The notes under the pieces were generated by a model. It saw nothing but the letters and a program-made list of their open reading frames with translations. It searched no databases and was not told where the DNA came from. A DNA stretch of 64,000 bases from Phoronis australis. Lineage: Eukaryota; Animalia; Phoronida. Of the stretch, positions 1-15,300 are shown piece after piece (within the stretch, counting starts at the first letter, position 1; the number at the start of each line of letters is the position of its first letter). The position numbers and the translations under genes are program-made. The DNA lies in the NCBI GenBank assembly GCA_002633005.1, contig NMRA01000519.1:212646-276645 (forward strand), written 5' to 3'.

Positions 1-1309
1 CGATTCAAGATTTACATGACTGTTCACATTAAAGTTACTGTAATTTTCAAAACAAACTACACACACTTCGACTGAACTTTGCCAGATTCTGCCAAACCTG
101 GATAAAAATCTCGCGACAAAAGAGCAAACTTTTCTCAAGTTCAATGTGATAATATTGCACCTAAATGCTACTTGTTTTTTGTTTATGTAATGAAATTGCA
201 CAGTTGTCGCAATTTTGACAACTTGGATAGAGCAAAACCTGTCAAGATTTTGTCCAGATTTGAAGCAGATTCTAGCAGAAAACAAATGGGCATTTAGACA
301 CAACAGGATAGTGTTTGCCCAAACTTTGTAGAATTTCAAAGTTGTTCTATTTATTTTAAGAACTGCTGGAGCAATAGCTATGTTGGGTGACATTTTGGAT
401 AGCGAGTGCAATTTTCAAGTGGTTTGATTGTTTTCTTATTATGGCACATTTACTGTTATTACTCCTTTGTGCCTACTCAGCTAACTGCTTTCTCGTATGT
501 GATTTAAGAACATGATTGAGAATAAAATGACCAATGTTTTTTAAAACACAATATTATACTAAGTTTCGTCATCAGCACCCAACTAGAAATCTGTTTTAAC
601 TCCTTCATGCTCTATAATAAGTTGGTTTTATTACCCCATTTTACCCCAAAACACTAGAGCCAAAGTGAGTTTATATCAGTTACTCTCCAGTCAGATACCG
701 TACGGAAAAAAATGCATAAGTTGAATTTTCGCCAATAATTTCACCTAAGTTCTACACTCTGCCATTCAGATAAGTTGGATTCCCCCTCACTCAAAACGCA
801 TAAAATTTCTCGATCTGGTTGGATCCAACTTATGCGCATGTTACTGTACATAGAACAGTAAAATATCACCAATTCAGGACACACTATGGTGGACAAGTGA
901 ACATTTAATCATTTTTTCATGACAAGATATGCAGCACTTGATGCTTTTCCATGTTCAAGTTGTGTACCAGACAGTATTTTGAAAAAGTTGTGGGCATTAA
1001 CACTAATGTTAGAAGCCATTGAAAATGAAAAGTGGGCTATTTTGTAAGCACATTATTTTATGTGTTGCAGAAAAAATGGAGCATGCGTATATAAAGTTGA
1101 TGGATAAAACAAATTTCTGCAAGATACAAACTACTTATGAATCTTAAAGTTCTACAGATGACGCAGGTCATTCACTTTTCCAACATACAACACAAACAGA
1201 CAGGTAAACCTAATTATCAAAAGCATTAAAAGATCAATACGAACCATAAAATGTCACACTTGACAGATTAGTAATTTATAATACAGCGCTGTTTTGAAAG
1301 TGAGCCGTC

Positions 1310-2335
1310 AATTCCAAGGTACCTCAACTACATGGCTAATGGACAGCAAAACACAGTGTCGGACCAAAAACACAACTCACCTACCTGCAAACAGCATTCA
1401 ATGACTCAAATACGTTGGATCAGACTCACAAAAAAGATTCATTCACCCAAAAAACACAGCCACGGACTCGTATTCATTCAGATACACGAAACAAGGACTG
1501 TCCAACATAGTTTACAAGTAAAATGTACATGTCAGCTTCAACTGCTATGTAATGGGTGTCAGATTAAATAAAGGTTTGATCATATCTTTGTTTGTAAAGT
1601 GATAACATTTATTTACTTTAAACTCATAATTTGTTCTACAATTTATTGGCGTCCACCAATTCTCAATAATGACATTGAGAGTACTCAGAGTAGCGACTTC
1701 CGTTATCTTGCTTTCTTCTTAAAATGGAATGGATTGTTTGAACTCCCTAAAAACTCGCTGCATCGCCAATTTCACATATTGGATCTGTTCCAAGAAGGCG
1801 TTTTTCAACACCTCAAAATAGAATATAATTCCTGCGTAAAAGACTCAGGTAGTAGTGTCAGATCGACGCTCACCATTCTGATGTTGATAACTTGTTTACT
1901 ATTAAGTTAAAGTGCAGGAAAAACATTTGAAATGGGTTATAGCATGACTTGAAATATGTGTCTCCTGTGAAAGTTTAGCTCAAATTGTATTTTTGTACTA
2001 AAACCACATTTTTAGGCGAAGGTGTTGCCAAATACGAGAAGGTTGATCAATTCCCTTTCTGCGTAGTAATAATCACTATTTCACACTACTTACCTGGAAG
2101 CTAATCAGTCTGTGACCGTGTACTTGGCATGCTTTATCAAAGTGAACAGTGTTTGGCAGTCTGTATGATTTGTTTCTAAGTGGACGTGAGTCTGCGGCTG
2201 TGTTTTTTGGGTGAATGAGTCTGAGCCCATGTACTTGAGTCAGTGAATGGCACTTGCAGGTACGTGAGTCATGTACCTTCTTCTGACACAGTGTTTTTGC
2301 AGTCTAGTAGTCACAGAGTTTAGGTACCTCGAATT
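1310..2335. mobile_element. Old MITE-like element with ~160-bp degenerate inverted arms
   Basis: 1310-1470 matches the reverse complement of 2185-2335 (e.g. CATTCACCCAAAAAACACAGCC / GGCTGTGTTTTTTGGGTGAATG). Confidence 0.55.
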
Positions 2336-3149
2336 CTGCTCAAAACATTTTTCTTGTCAAAGAAAATCAATTTATTTTAGTGAAGTGTTCAACATAGTGG
2401 AGGATTGGAAGTTTAATTTGTACATTAAATTTCTCAAGAAAATATAAAATATTTTTTTCATTGCCACCATGTTAAGGTATCTACAGTCGCCAATATACAT
2501 AACATTTGGAAACAGTTTGACCACCTACAGCAAAATGAATAACTGGGAAATGAAAATTGTCAATGAACGGGCAGGCACTTAAAACAATTACTTTTGTTCA
2601 TGCTTGGATAGCCTAGATCAGTAAAATATTTAGCAATTATGAAATGGAAATGAACACAACCATGAGACTGGGAACCATAGCTTAGACTTGTGGTACAGTT
2701 TCTTTGTAGTTGAGTGATAAATCTAATCTGAACTTGTACTTAGTGTATATTTCATATGAAATACATTATTTTAGTTCGAAATCTGTAAATATTTTCTGGC
2801 TAATGAGTAAAAAAACTTATACTTAAAGTTTTCGAAAATGGAGTTGAGTTTCAGGAGATACAACACAGTAACTTCTTGAAGATCCTGGAAGATTAACTTT
2901 CTAAAATGTTCTATCAACAACCAGTAAGTTAAAATGTTCAAGATTTAGTTTTACTATAATATTTCAGGAAATGAATAAAATAATCACAGATTTTCAGTTA
3001 TTTTCAATAAACAACCTGTTCGTTACATTTGGAGATGTGTAAACATAAATATGTGAATCAAGCCAACTTTAAAAATATTTGTAGCATGCATATTATTGAG
3101 CATGTCTTTAACCACTAAAAGTGTTTATGGGAAGGATCTATTATCAGAT

Positions 3150-3335
3150 TTGATCAAAACTATTAACTTGAAGAAGTCTATCCATCCAACAATAATACCA
3201 TATGCTGCATATCTGATATCAAAACTATTAACTTCAAGAAGTCTATCCATCCCACAATAATACCATACGCTGTATATCTGATATCAAAACTATTAACTTC
3301 AACAAGTCTATCCATCCAACGCTGTATATCTGATA
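3150..3335. repeat. Tandem repeat, ~60-65-bp unit x3
   Basis: Repeated ATCAAAACTATTAACTT...AAGTCTATCCATCC. Confidence 0.8.
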
Positions 3336-3357
3336 TGTCCATTGAAATCCTACTTAC

Positions 3358-6300
3358 AGCTAATGCTTCACACATCACATCAGCTGTGCCTCCACCCATT
3401 TCCTTGCAAAACCTGTAGAAGTCTTCAAGATATGCCTACAAAATAGAAGAAACTTTTTCAATAACCCAAGGCATTTAGAATAATCTTCAAGAAAAGGATG
3501 CAAAGCAGAAACTTACTCAAATAACCCGTGGCCACAGCTCTACAAAACAGTCCATTCTAATCAAAGTCCCTTACGCAATGCAGGCAACAGGAAACTATTT
3601 TCTTAATACTTGATCCTCATGACAAAATCTCACCAATTTAGGACAAAATATGGTGGACAAGTGAAATTTATTTTTTCATCTCTTCATAAACATATATCAA
3701 AAACAGAGAGCAGGAGACTTGATGACTTGCCAGGTACATCAGATGTGCGCAGACCACAGTCGAGCTCAAAAATCAGTAGCACCAAATAGATACCATTTCA
3801 CTTTGAATTTTATAGCATAACTACTAACAGACAGTGTTTCATGAAATTGTGGACATTAATAGAAAAATGAAAAAGATCAAATGTGCAATATAGAACTGTA
3901 AAAAGATAGTTGAAGCTGAATCTTGCTCTGTTAGCTGGCTAAAAATGAAACTCGAATTAGGCATTTTACTTTCATAGGATCCACCCCTTCACATTCCTCA
4001 CTGCGATAGCATTCTACATCTACTGAAAAGTCAAAGGAAATGCGAACATACGCCATTTTCAAATGTGCAATGTTAGGGCTGGTCAATCCATATCGTGAGT
4101 CGTTCGCTGACGGCTTTGTTGTTCTTGTTGGTAACAGAAATAGAATCATGTCATGGTAGGGATTATTAAGAAATCGATTTTGAGAGAGCGAAAGGTCCAA
4201 TTTAATTTTTGGATTTCACAAGACAAAACAGAGCTTTAATTCTTGATGAAACACTTGGCAACTGGTAAAGCAAGCTGAACAAATGAGTGTTATCTGCAAT
4301 GTTTTCCTTATATGTGTACGTGATCAGTTGGAAATTAAATGGGCGTTATCTGCAATGTCTTCTTTACACATATATGCGTTCAGTGGGAAATTCTTGACAT
4401 TATTTTGTAGATCACAATTTTGATACCCCGAAAAAATTTTCTAATTTTTAATTCAAGCCGGGAAACGTCAGATTGAGGACCTTGATTTTAAGTAATTTGG
4501 GATTACTGAGCTCTTATTCAGGGCAGCCAACCCATCGGGCACATATTATTAAACTGTTACTTCCATCATTGTAAGTGAAGACCCATTAAAATGACATAAT
4601 CGACAAGAAATCTAAAATCAGATATTGCGTGCATTTAAACCCAGTACCTTTGTGGTCAGAGCCAAATACTAAGTTAATGAGCTAAATCACACAGAATAGA
4701 TGACTGAGTATTTTAAGGGTATTTAACTGGCAAAAGTCACCGACTTTGATTTTGGCGAGTGTCAGGAAAACATCTGCAAGAATTGGCGACTTGAAATAAA
4801 ATCGCAAAAGCACAACAAATTTAATTGTTTTATAGTTCTAGTCAAACTTAGTAACTTCTATCCCGTTCAATTATAATCCCATAATGTTTACAGGCCATCA
4901 ATAACGTTAACGTCTCCCCATAAAAAGTCAGGTCATCAAATTGCTGCAATGCAGCCAGCATAGCTTATTTCTTCCTGCTGTCCTGCTGTCCTCAACAAAT
5001 CTCGATATATTGTTGAGTTGACATCAATTCTCTGCTGATGTTGTGGGTGCCCGGGTTCCCAGCGCTGAAGCCGGCAAACAAAACATAAGTCGTAAAAGTG
5101 TATCGAATACGAGTTAATCCATAACAGTCTGGTTATACATTCGTGATATGGGTCGTATACTTATTGGATGAAATAAACCTGTGCTTACGCGACTAACTGT
5201 TTACTACATCCATTCCCACACAAAATTACTATACAAATACAAAATGTGACAGACAAGTGAGTGTTTCAGCAGACAACTGGGGTCTGTTTCATGAAAAATC
5301 CCTCTTCTATTCTTTTGAAGACCCTCGATCAGCGAGAGCAATGCATGTTTCAACATCAACTTTATTATTGTTATCTAATACACACAAAGTCAGACATTTA
5401 GCAATGATACGTCATAATCTGGAGTCCGTTTCACGGATGTGACTTAAAACTTGAGATAGAAATTTGGTATTATGCTTTTTCTCGGCAATTACTGAATAAA
5501 GGTTTGGCCAAGTAATTATGAGTGCATCATAGTTTAAAAATAATTTATAAAAATTGTCACAGCAACTAACAGTTAAGTGCAAATTTTCACACTTGGCATT
5601 TTTGCCCAAGTGAGATTTAATTTAGTTTAAAGAAACAGTTGTGTGGAGCGCAAGACCAGGTTTCTGTAACAGACCCCAGAACAATAGGACACTATTGAAA
5701 GACCAAAATCACCAACTTCAAAATTAATGAAAGATGGCGTCTGTGATGTAGATTGAGTTTTTTCTCAGTTTAGTTCTTGAAGAATTTTATTTTTTAAGTA
5801 AAAAAATGTTGTTTTTTAAAACATTTAACATTGGGTGTGACAGACTCCTGGAGTCCCCTACACATGCTATTTCAGTGTCTGCTTGAGTTGATTGTCACAG
5901 AATAATGCTACCGGGCTAGTCAAAAGTGTTTACCTGCATAACTCATAATTGTCTTTTTGGTCTCAAGAAGGTTATCTCTGTAGTATGCGACTGACATCGA
6001 TGTTTTTAGAAATCCATAATATTCAAATCACAAATGACTTTTTCACAAAATGAAGTGGTTATGGTCATATGATAGCATGAGGTGACACTTTAGAAGAATG
6101 GATCCCATTAAATTTTCAGCCATGGAAGATTCAGAAAATACAGATACAAAATGGACAACTGGCATTAAAAGTTAATTAACAAATCGTGGGCTACAAAAAG
6201 AAACAGACAACTAGTTAATTTCAGACATTAATAGAATTAGCAATCAGAAACTAAATTAACCCAGCTGACAACTTACCTTATAGAGTGTATTTCGAATAAT

Positions 6301-9300
6301 CTCAATGTTCATTTCATCAAGGTCTTGTTCCGAGATGCAGTCGATGAAATAAGGAGCTAAAAATACAATAAAGTTACACAGTAGACACCGTGATTGAGTT
6401 TTGTTGAAGCTCCGACGAAAATCATGAGGAAATTCAGGTGAACATTGAGAGGAAATTCAGGGGAAAAGTGTGAAGAAATTCGGGGAAGTGAAGGAATTCA
6501 AGGGAAAACTACAAAAGAAATTCTGGGGAAATTGTGAGAAAAATCGGAGGAAAATTGTAAAGAAATTCACCGGAAAATTCAGGGCAAAATTGTGAACAAA
6601 TGTAGCCTAAGGGTAAAATTGTGTAGAAATTCAGGGGACATTGTTAAGAAATTCAGGGGAACATTGTGCAGATGATATTCAGGGTAAAGTTGCGAAGAAA
6701 TTCAGGGGAAAGTGACGAAATTCAGGGGAACACTGTCAGGAAGCTCAGGAGAAAATTGCGAAGAATTTCAGGGAGCAATAAGCATCGGAATAATAATCAA
6801 CGATTTGAAGCGAAACGACACTACAGCAAATACTCTCCTTACAGTTGACTGGACTGTATAACAACTCAAGATCACTTTAGAGCAACATGGCAATAAAAAT
6901 GAAAACAAGTTGATAAGAAACGTTAAAGATGCATTCTGCCGAGGAAGTGAGCTGGTCCATACACAAGTAGGGCTACCATTAATATGACCATATTATGAGT
7001 TTGCAGTGCCTCAGATCATGTGTTTACATTTCACCTTCACGCTTGATTTCAAGCAGTGATAAGCGCTGAATGGAATGAGCCAGAGCATTCAGTAATTTCA
7101 ACTCTGACATTCTTATAATTTAATTAACATGATTAACATGTCAGGCATCAGCATCTTAAGTGACCTACCCTGTTGAAGTGAGTTCAGTGCCTGAACGAAA
7201 TGCGGCCACACAGAATCATTTTGATCAAAAAATTAAACAAAATTTAGCCCACAAAATTGTCAATCTCATTTCAAAAGCGCAATGCATGAATTCACTTCAA
7301 GTCTACATACTCGACTACACCACAGCCTACCTAGAGGTGTGTCCACCAGTACAGCGTTGTAGAGCTCAGCGGGGGTTGAGGCAATGTGGCTGGCCTCCAT
7401 TTGTTCAAACCGCCCCAGAGGGTGACACTTGGGGATCAACTCAGCTATTGACCTCTGGTGCAATGTACCCGTAATGAGCAGCACAATGTTGTCAATCATG
7501 TAGCTGTACCTGAGCATAAATCAAACAAATTCTGATGAAAAAGATAAGTATCCAGGTAATAATATAGAAAATGTCTTCACATCCTTTTTGGTCTCACTCC
7601 ATGAAAATTGATTATTTTGCTAAAATGTTTGAAAGCGATTTTACTGATTCATGGCCATAACATCTCAACAACTTAGGACACAATATGACCAGCAACTGAA
7701 ATTTTATTTTCTTTTTTTCATAAGAGATATCTAGCATCAACTAAATGCTTTGCCATGTCCAAGTTATGCACGATAGTTACCATCAGAAAATATTTTAAAA
7801 AATAGAGGGTACTCAGTACAACAGTAAAAGACCTTGAAAAATGAAAGAAAAGGTAATTTTGGCAATTATTTTTATCGGAATTGGTCAAATTTTACCGAAT
7901 AAAATATAGACCAGATCAGCCAGAATGTGCATTCATGTAAAAGTCAAAGTTCAGCTTTCAAAGGCAGTGAGGAAGTGTCAACCAGCACAAATCAAGAACC
8001 CTGTAGAGCAAGGGCATCATTTATCGATTCAAACAACTGACAAACAGCTCAGTTTGGTAACAGGAGTAAAACACACTAAATCAGAGGTCAATGACTTCGT
8101 GGAATACCAATCAAACACCATCAAATAAGTCGTTTAGTGGCTAGATTCCATTTCTTTCTGGTACAAATTAAAGATATTAAATACATACTCGTCCAATTTC
8201 ATGTTAAAAATCAGATGGTGGGAATGCAAAAATGATTTTTGAAAAGTTGTGGGTAGACGACAATATACAGAAAATACTCGGGCCGATCCCATTTGCATTA
8301 GTTCTGGAGTAAAAATATGTGGTGAACTTTCCTAAGTTGGTCTTTTACGGATTGTTGTAACTGCTACTCGCATCCAATTGTCAAGGTCAAGCCTACTCGA
8401 CATTTAACTGCAAAAAAACATTTTGTGCTCACAGTTATGAAACTCTTACATCAAATAACATGCATTATTTTGAATCACACACCTCACACATAAAGGGTGA
8501 TCTCAACAGGGAAATATATTAATTTTGATTTGACCTTCATGCATTAGTATAATCTTAGAAGGCAAGTGAAAAATCTCTCAGTGATTATAAATATTTTTGT
8601 TTAATACTTACGTGATATAGTCCAAGAAGGTAGAGAGAGGTTCCAGGGCATTGTGCCTCATATGCTGGAATTCTATCACTAACTTTTCCTTCAGTTTGTC
8701 ATCAATGACGGACACTTGGAGGGGGCTAGGCTCGTTAGCCAAGAACGCACCATAATCTGTACTCTGCAGGTGAAGCTTCAAGTCTGCAATAGCATCAGAT
8801 GGGGCTCAAACTGTATTTTTATCCACTTATAGGAACACAGAATGTGTTAGGCTTATACGACAACAATTCTCCAACAGTCAGTGGAAAATAAATTATTTTG
8901 TTGTTCGAAGTTGGGGCTTATCCCAAATTCTACAAATGGGCAATATTGGATGTCCCAAATTCAAGAATCACTGGACAGAAAGCAAAATTTCCCATTCTGT
9001 AGATTGAAAACCCATTGTCAAAATTTCAGAAATATAATGAACCCCAAAATTGCCCATGTTCCAAATTGCAGAGTCAAGTTCTAGAGACTGTCACAAATTG
9101 GAGAATTTTTACTACAATTCACACAAGTGTTTTCATACATATAAGCTTGAGGGAACAGTAAATTTATCAAAAACTAACTCTAGCAATCTCACATTAAAAG
9201 GGACCACATTTTGGGCATTACTTCAGACTGGAGTGTTGTGAATTATGGCAATCTTGAAGGGACATTATCACTTTTAGAGCACAGTCGAAAAATTGGGATT

Positions 9301-12300
9301 TTTGGGATCACGGTAGTACTCAGGGCCGGGGGGCCTCATTCACCCGAGGGGAGAGGTGTCTGTGCCTTCTGAGAATTTTTACTAAATAAAAATAGAATTA
9401 CAAAATAAGCACAAATATACTAATGCACTAAGTGGTTTGTCTGTTATACTAATATAATCATTTACTTTTATCTCTAGCATTAGCAATCAACTGTCACATC
9501 TGGGAACAGGAGAATCTGTTGCCAAAATGGAATGTTTATGCCGACACAAATTGCTGATACATAGATAATAAATTCACCTACTTGTTTGTAGCTCCTAGAC
9601 TATCTGACAATGCCACTGGAACAATCGACCTATAGTGTAGAAAAGGCTAAACAGCCAAACATTGAGAAAATAGAGTAATGTAAAATATTGCCACATATGT
9701 TAGTGAAACATTCAGATGTTGTTGCCAGACAATGCTTCAAATGCATGGCGGTCTCACCTCGACAGAATGGTTCTCAACTTCTGTTGTTGGAGCCTAAGGG
9801 TAGTCGCGAGACACTTGTGAGGCACGTGCAGTGAGAAATATTGGCTTATGGAGTTGAAATAGTGAATTTAATCAAGTGCTCAAGCCAGGCTGGTCCATCA
9901 CTTCAAATGGCACCACTGCACAAGTGCACTAGTATGTTGCGAGTTGGTTTTTGTTAAAGTTCCTAATGTAACACTTACAGAATTTTGTGAGATCTTGCAT
10001 ACCTCGCTAAACTAGGAAGTGTCTTACATGGAACACGTCCCTGCATGAGTTTAAGAATAAGAAGTCAAAAGGAATGATAGCCGAGGGCGTATTTTCCAAT
10101 CATTTCGAAAGAACAGAAGTAGTACTCCGCTAATTATATATAGTATGACATTTACCTTCACCTAGGCACTTTATTGGTTCCTAGCCTAAACACGATTTTG
10201 GTATCATCCGATTCCTTAAGTGGTTCTCAATCCAAAAATATACGAAAATGTCTCCTACCTCATTCCCTTACTAGTTCATCCTGAAATTTGTGTTTGCACT
10301 ATTTCGCGGTTGATACCACCATGTTCGCTCAACGGAAGATTACAGCAACAACTGTTTCTATGGAATGAAAGGGCATTATCAATTCCAAAAAAATGTTGGT
10401 CTGCGAGTTCTCCCTTAAATTTTTCTGAGATAACAAAGAACAATGCGTATGCTGAATGCGTTTCAGAAACTCAATAGCTGGCTCATGGGAGCTTCATACG
10501 CCGGAAGCTTTTCGGCGAATTATGCCTCACCGACTAAAACATCAATTACTGAATTATTCTGGAGTTCCGAATAGTAGTAGAGACAGTAATAATAGTATAG
10601 ACTGGAAAATTTCACGATTTTTAATAATAGTACATGTTCCTGACAGTCGAGCCTTTGTTTCTCTCAATCTCATGTCTCGCACAACGTTCATAGTCAATAC
10701 CCTCGTAATGTTAGTCAGAATTCGACGTCAAAAAGTCAGTACATCCAAAATTTTACACGGCCAGAAATTGAGATTTCTTGCAGAATTGCCCAACATTCGA
10801 GTCCACAACCACAACTACGTCCACCATCTTGAATATCTAATTAGGTATAATAAACAAACAGACTCACAAGCGCTTTTCCATTTATTTGGACGGGAGAGCA
10901 AGTAGAAATGAATTTCAATAGATATCGACTGGATTGTCGAACGTTAGCAACAATGTCTGACTCATTTTCAAGATTGCCACAGGTCCATTCTTCCTGTTCA
11001 TAAAAACAATCTACTCTCAAGTTTAGAACGAATTGTAAAAATGCTGATGTCCGATGTTGTCCGCAACTTAATTGTTGGTACTTTGTTGATTCTAGGAACT
11101 GGTTCCTAGGTTGATTGAAAGGTTTGGCACCATTCATTAACTGCACGGGTATTTGCGCTTCATTGACTTGCCGCGTTATCACCACGGTCCGTATCTGTAG
11201 CTGGATTATTTGTCGTACCAGCATCTGAATGAATTAGTCAATGGGCCAGATCTCATAGCGTTCATCCTTGTGAGTACTTTTTCTATGCGGCTAGATAATA
11301 TACCTATAAATCAAATTCACAAAAGTTCCCACATCTACACTTGCACATTTTTTAAAAAAAGGTATTTTGTTGCACAAAATATGATGCACATCTCTGCCAC
11401 TTGGTGGCGCTTTTCTATTGAATTGACCAATCAGAGAGCCAGATTGTATTGTTGTGCTTAGTTACTTCAATATGGCTGCTCCCATGGAGTGTGTTGCCTG
11501 TATAATTCAAGGTTTATCAAACAGCACAAAATTGTGATGTCAGAGCCTAAAAAAGCTTAGGAAAGCTTCCTGACTAAAGCTGATGGACTGTGGAAGTCTG
11601 TAGAACAGTAGATCAAAAAGAAGAAGAGGTGTCACAAATGTTTGTGCAGAAAACAGCTGCATGTCCTGGTCACAGGCGTCCTCAGCTTCTGATCGTCCCC
11701 AATACACTACATACAATACTACAAGGTACGACACTCCCGACTAGAAATTCCACGGGTGCTTCATTTCAGCCGTCCATAGCAAATATAAAATTCAATAAAT
11801 TTACACAAAACAGAGGTTCAACAAACCATGAAGAATTGTTCTTTCTCCCAATACCATTCACGGTGTCCTGTTCCGGCGACTTCGTAAGAAATTCGCAGTC
11901 AAAGAACAAAAATGTTCACAAAAAGCCTCCACACACTTTCATCGTGGGCCGCTCGAGGTCGAGGACGGTACGCCGGAAATTGCCGGTTTGTCGCGTAAAG
12001 TCACGCCAGTAGAAAAATTATTGAGTACTTCCGCAACTCACCGGCAATTTCCGGCGTACCGTCCTTGACCTCGAGCGGCCCACGATGAAAGTGTGTGGGG
12101 GCTTTTTGAGAACATTTTTGTTCTTTGACTGCGAATTTCTTACGAAGTCAATGGAACAGGACACCGTGAATGGTATTGGGAGAAAGAACAATTCTTCATG
12201 GTTTGTTGAAACTATGTTTTGTGTAAATTTATTGAGTTTTATATTTCCTATGGACGGCTGAAGTGAAGCACCCGTGGAATTTCTAGTCGGGAGTGTCATA

Positions 12301-15300
12301 CCTTGTAGTATTGTATGTAGTGTATTGGGGACGATCAGAAGCTGAGGACGCCTGTGGTCCTGGTATACTATAGCCTATACAGTATACTGCTGAGTGAGTG
12401 CTGTAGACTAGAAGACCAAGTGTCAGACCAAAAAACTGAAAGGAAATAGAACGGCATAACAACGTTTCAAGACACCAACAGTAAAGTACTAAAGCTGAAG
12501 TTGCTGAAAGTGATACAGATGTTATCCAAGATTTCCCAAGAAAAACAATATTATACTTCCAAAATCTGAAACACCCAATTAACCTGAACAAGATAGGAAC
12601 ATTCTGAAACATGAGTGCATCATTTGTTAGCAGGAAAAGTATATTACGGACTATATTTCAAGAAAGAGAAAGAAGTATAGCTTTCAAAAACAGATACGTG
12701 TTTTTGAAAGGTACATCTTGGTGTTTTCCAAGTGTTGTTTTTTAACTCGTTCAGCCCCTTGGCTGCCTAGGCCTTAGACAATACCGCTGACCCAGTAGAG
12801 ACGGTGATCATACCATAGGTATTCCATATGCCCGATGGTTTTCGGCAAATTATGTTCCTATAAGTTTAGAAGTACCACTTAGAGAGATGCCTCTGAGGTC
12901 GTTAATGTTTTCATTTGTTCCCAGTTTAAACAAATACTCCTACAATCCTGTTTTTCGAACACTCCATTGTTCAGTTGCCACATCGACACTGCTTGCGCTA
13001 AGGGGTAATTCTATGGGTGTAATTTTAAAGCACTTAAGTCAAAAATTTTTGAGAAGGTTAAATGGAGTAGATGGTTGCAAACAACATGCCGAAGAGGCCA
13101 TCATCCCCTGCCGTAGTCCTGGGATAGAGGGAACCTCTTATCAATTTTTTGTAAATATTAATTACTTAGGTAGCTGCAATGATAATTAAATTATGGTGCC
13201 TAAGTGGCCATCGTCGCCGTCGAAATTTGAGGACGATGGAAGCCACTGTCCATTTCATCAAACGTTGATTACCTTAAGTGTAAATCGGTGGTTTGAGCAT
13301 CTGATTTAAAAAATTAAATTTCAATCACTGCACTGGTACATCAGCTGATTTATTTTCAGTTGCATCAACTAATCTAATTATTAGACGAGCAACATTTTTA
13401 GGCTACAGATCAGACAGCATGTAAATTTGTTAGGCTGGTGGTGGATCAGTTCCTGATAAGTCCGTCTGAAAAAGTTGCATGACAACTCACTCATAGTTGA
13501 ATGTTAAATTAGTGTTAACAGTTCGGGTTTTTTTCAGTTGGACTTATATCGCAAGCAACAGCTCAGTCCAGAGCCCTGAATATGCAAATGAAGATAAAGA
13601 CCTTGTGTCTTAGAAGCCAAGTACCACAGATCATCATGCTATAAAAAATAGAAAGACAGCAATTGTGAAGAGTGACCAATCCACAGTTTTCAGAGATGTT
13701 TTTCTACAGTTTTGCTTGGAGTTCATTGAATCAAAGCTTCTAACACATGAAGATGTCATTTGTCTTTCAAAACTAAAGCAAGACTTTGAAGCTGTTCTTC
13801 AGAAAGCTGGTGTGCCTGAAATTATTTGGACAGGTAATCTTAAGAAATATTGTTGAAGCTACTCACTGTTGTAGTTTGTGCCCGACTAAGAGATACGAAA
13901 GTGAATTGAGGCTAGTGTTCAATAATTCACTTGCTGAGTCTAATTAACACAGCCCATTATAACACATTTTGAATAAAACATTTGCCCAAATCCTGCCCAC
14001 CTAAAAACAAGGACTTAGTGTTTGACCCTTCATTGCCAGCAGGCCAATCACCAGTGTGTAGTGCTGTACCCTCTCTAATCGACCATAGTTTCCTCCTTGG
14101 CGGTGGAGTTTTGCAGTTAAAATGTATGGCAATGACCGCATCTCCATTGACAATACTAAACGATGAACGCTGCAAGTGCAAAAAGAACATGTGTGCTGGG
14201 AAACTGAGTTTGTGCTGCAATGCTGGGTCAAACTGTACAGAAATGTGCAGCTGTGACAACTACTAACATCAGCAACACCGACTGCATAACATTGGATAGT
14301 TCTTTGACAAGTCAACCCTAAATAGACCTCCAACCCCGTTATTTCATTTTTTGTATTAAAAAGTTAATTTTATTTGTTGATTAAGTCATAGAAAGATCAT
14401 ACTTTGATCATTGTCATGTACTTGACTCATACTGCTTGATAAACCCTGTCAGAATAATCTATTATTTTCATACAGTCTGTGTGCACATTCACAGAGATCA
14501 TTCAAGTATATTGTTTTTGTACTATAACGTATTTCTGGTGTANTTATGCAAACAAGCTGTATTTTACACCATTAGTCAATGTTTTAGTCGTTGAGGCACA
14601 ACTTTTGCCCAGTCTCTAGTGTTTTGTGTTATTTTTGTTGCCAGACAATGCCAGAATAACTCCTAGTATCATTCAGACGTAGTTTGCATTTTTGCCACTA
14701 GGTGTCTCTTTACATTTTTAAATTTCACTGTTTACAATTAATCTACAATAGTAAAACATGTAATGTGAATGTAATATTGTTCAATAAAATGGCACTGATG
14801 GGACCATATTACTTGTTTTACAAAAGTCACCAAAACTGTTGTTTTTACAAATATAAGTTTATTAAGCTCTTTGGTGATTATAAGGTAACTTAACTCAAAT
14901 TTCTCAAAAATGTGCAATTTTATATGTGGAAACTTTTTAGATTTTGATAACACTCTAATAAATGAGTTAAAAACACCAAAATAAAATTGCCCCCCTAAAG
15001 TACTCACAAAAACCATTTTCTAGAGGCCCTACAAATTCTGGCCCACGGATTAAATGTCTGTATCTGGAACATCCCTCGGTTTGTAAAATAATCCTCGAAT
15101 TCTTTAGGCCTTTGCGCGACAGACGACATGATTAAGTATGTAGAATGCGGATGTCAATAATGACGAAAACCGCAGCTGACACTGGCTGTGCAAAATCCCG
15201 GAATTACTCCCCTGAAAATGCAAATTTCGGGGACAGACACAGTGAAGAGTTGGTACAGCTTGCCAGTTTTTCACAGGGTGCAATCATAAATATTGGATCA

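Noticed and set aside
558-582. Hammerhead-like CTGATGA-C-GAAAC on the minus strand
   Set aside because: No stem II between the core motifs and no flanking helices.
10220-11461. Cluster of 80-150-aa ORFs
   Set aside because: No recognisable domains. They lie in transposon-derived non-coding sequence within ATP6V0D intron 1.
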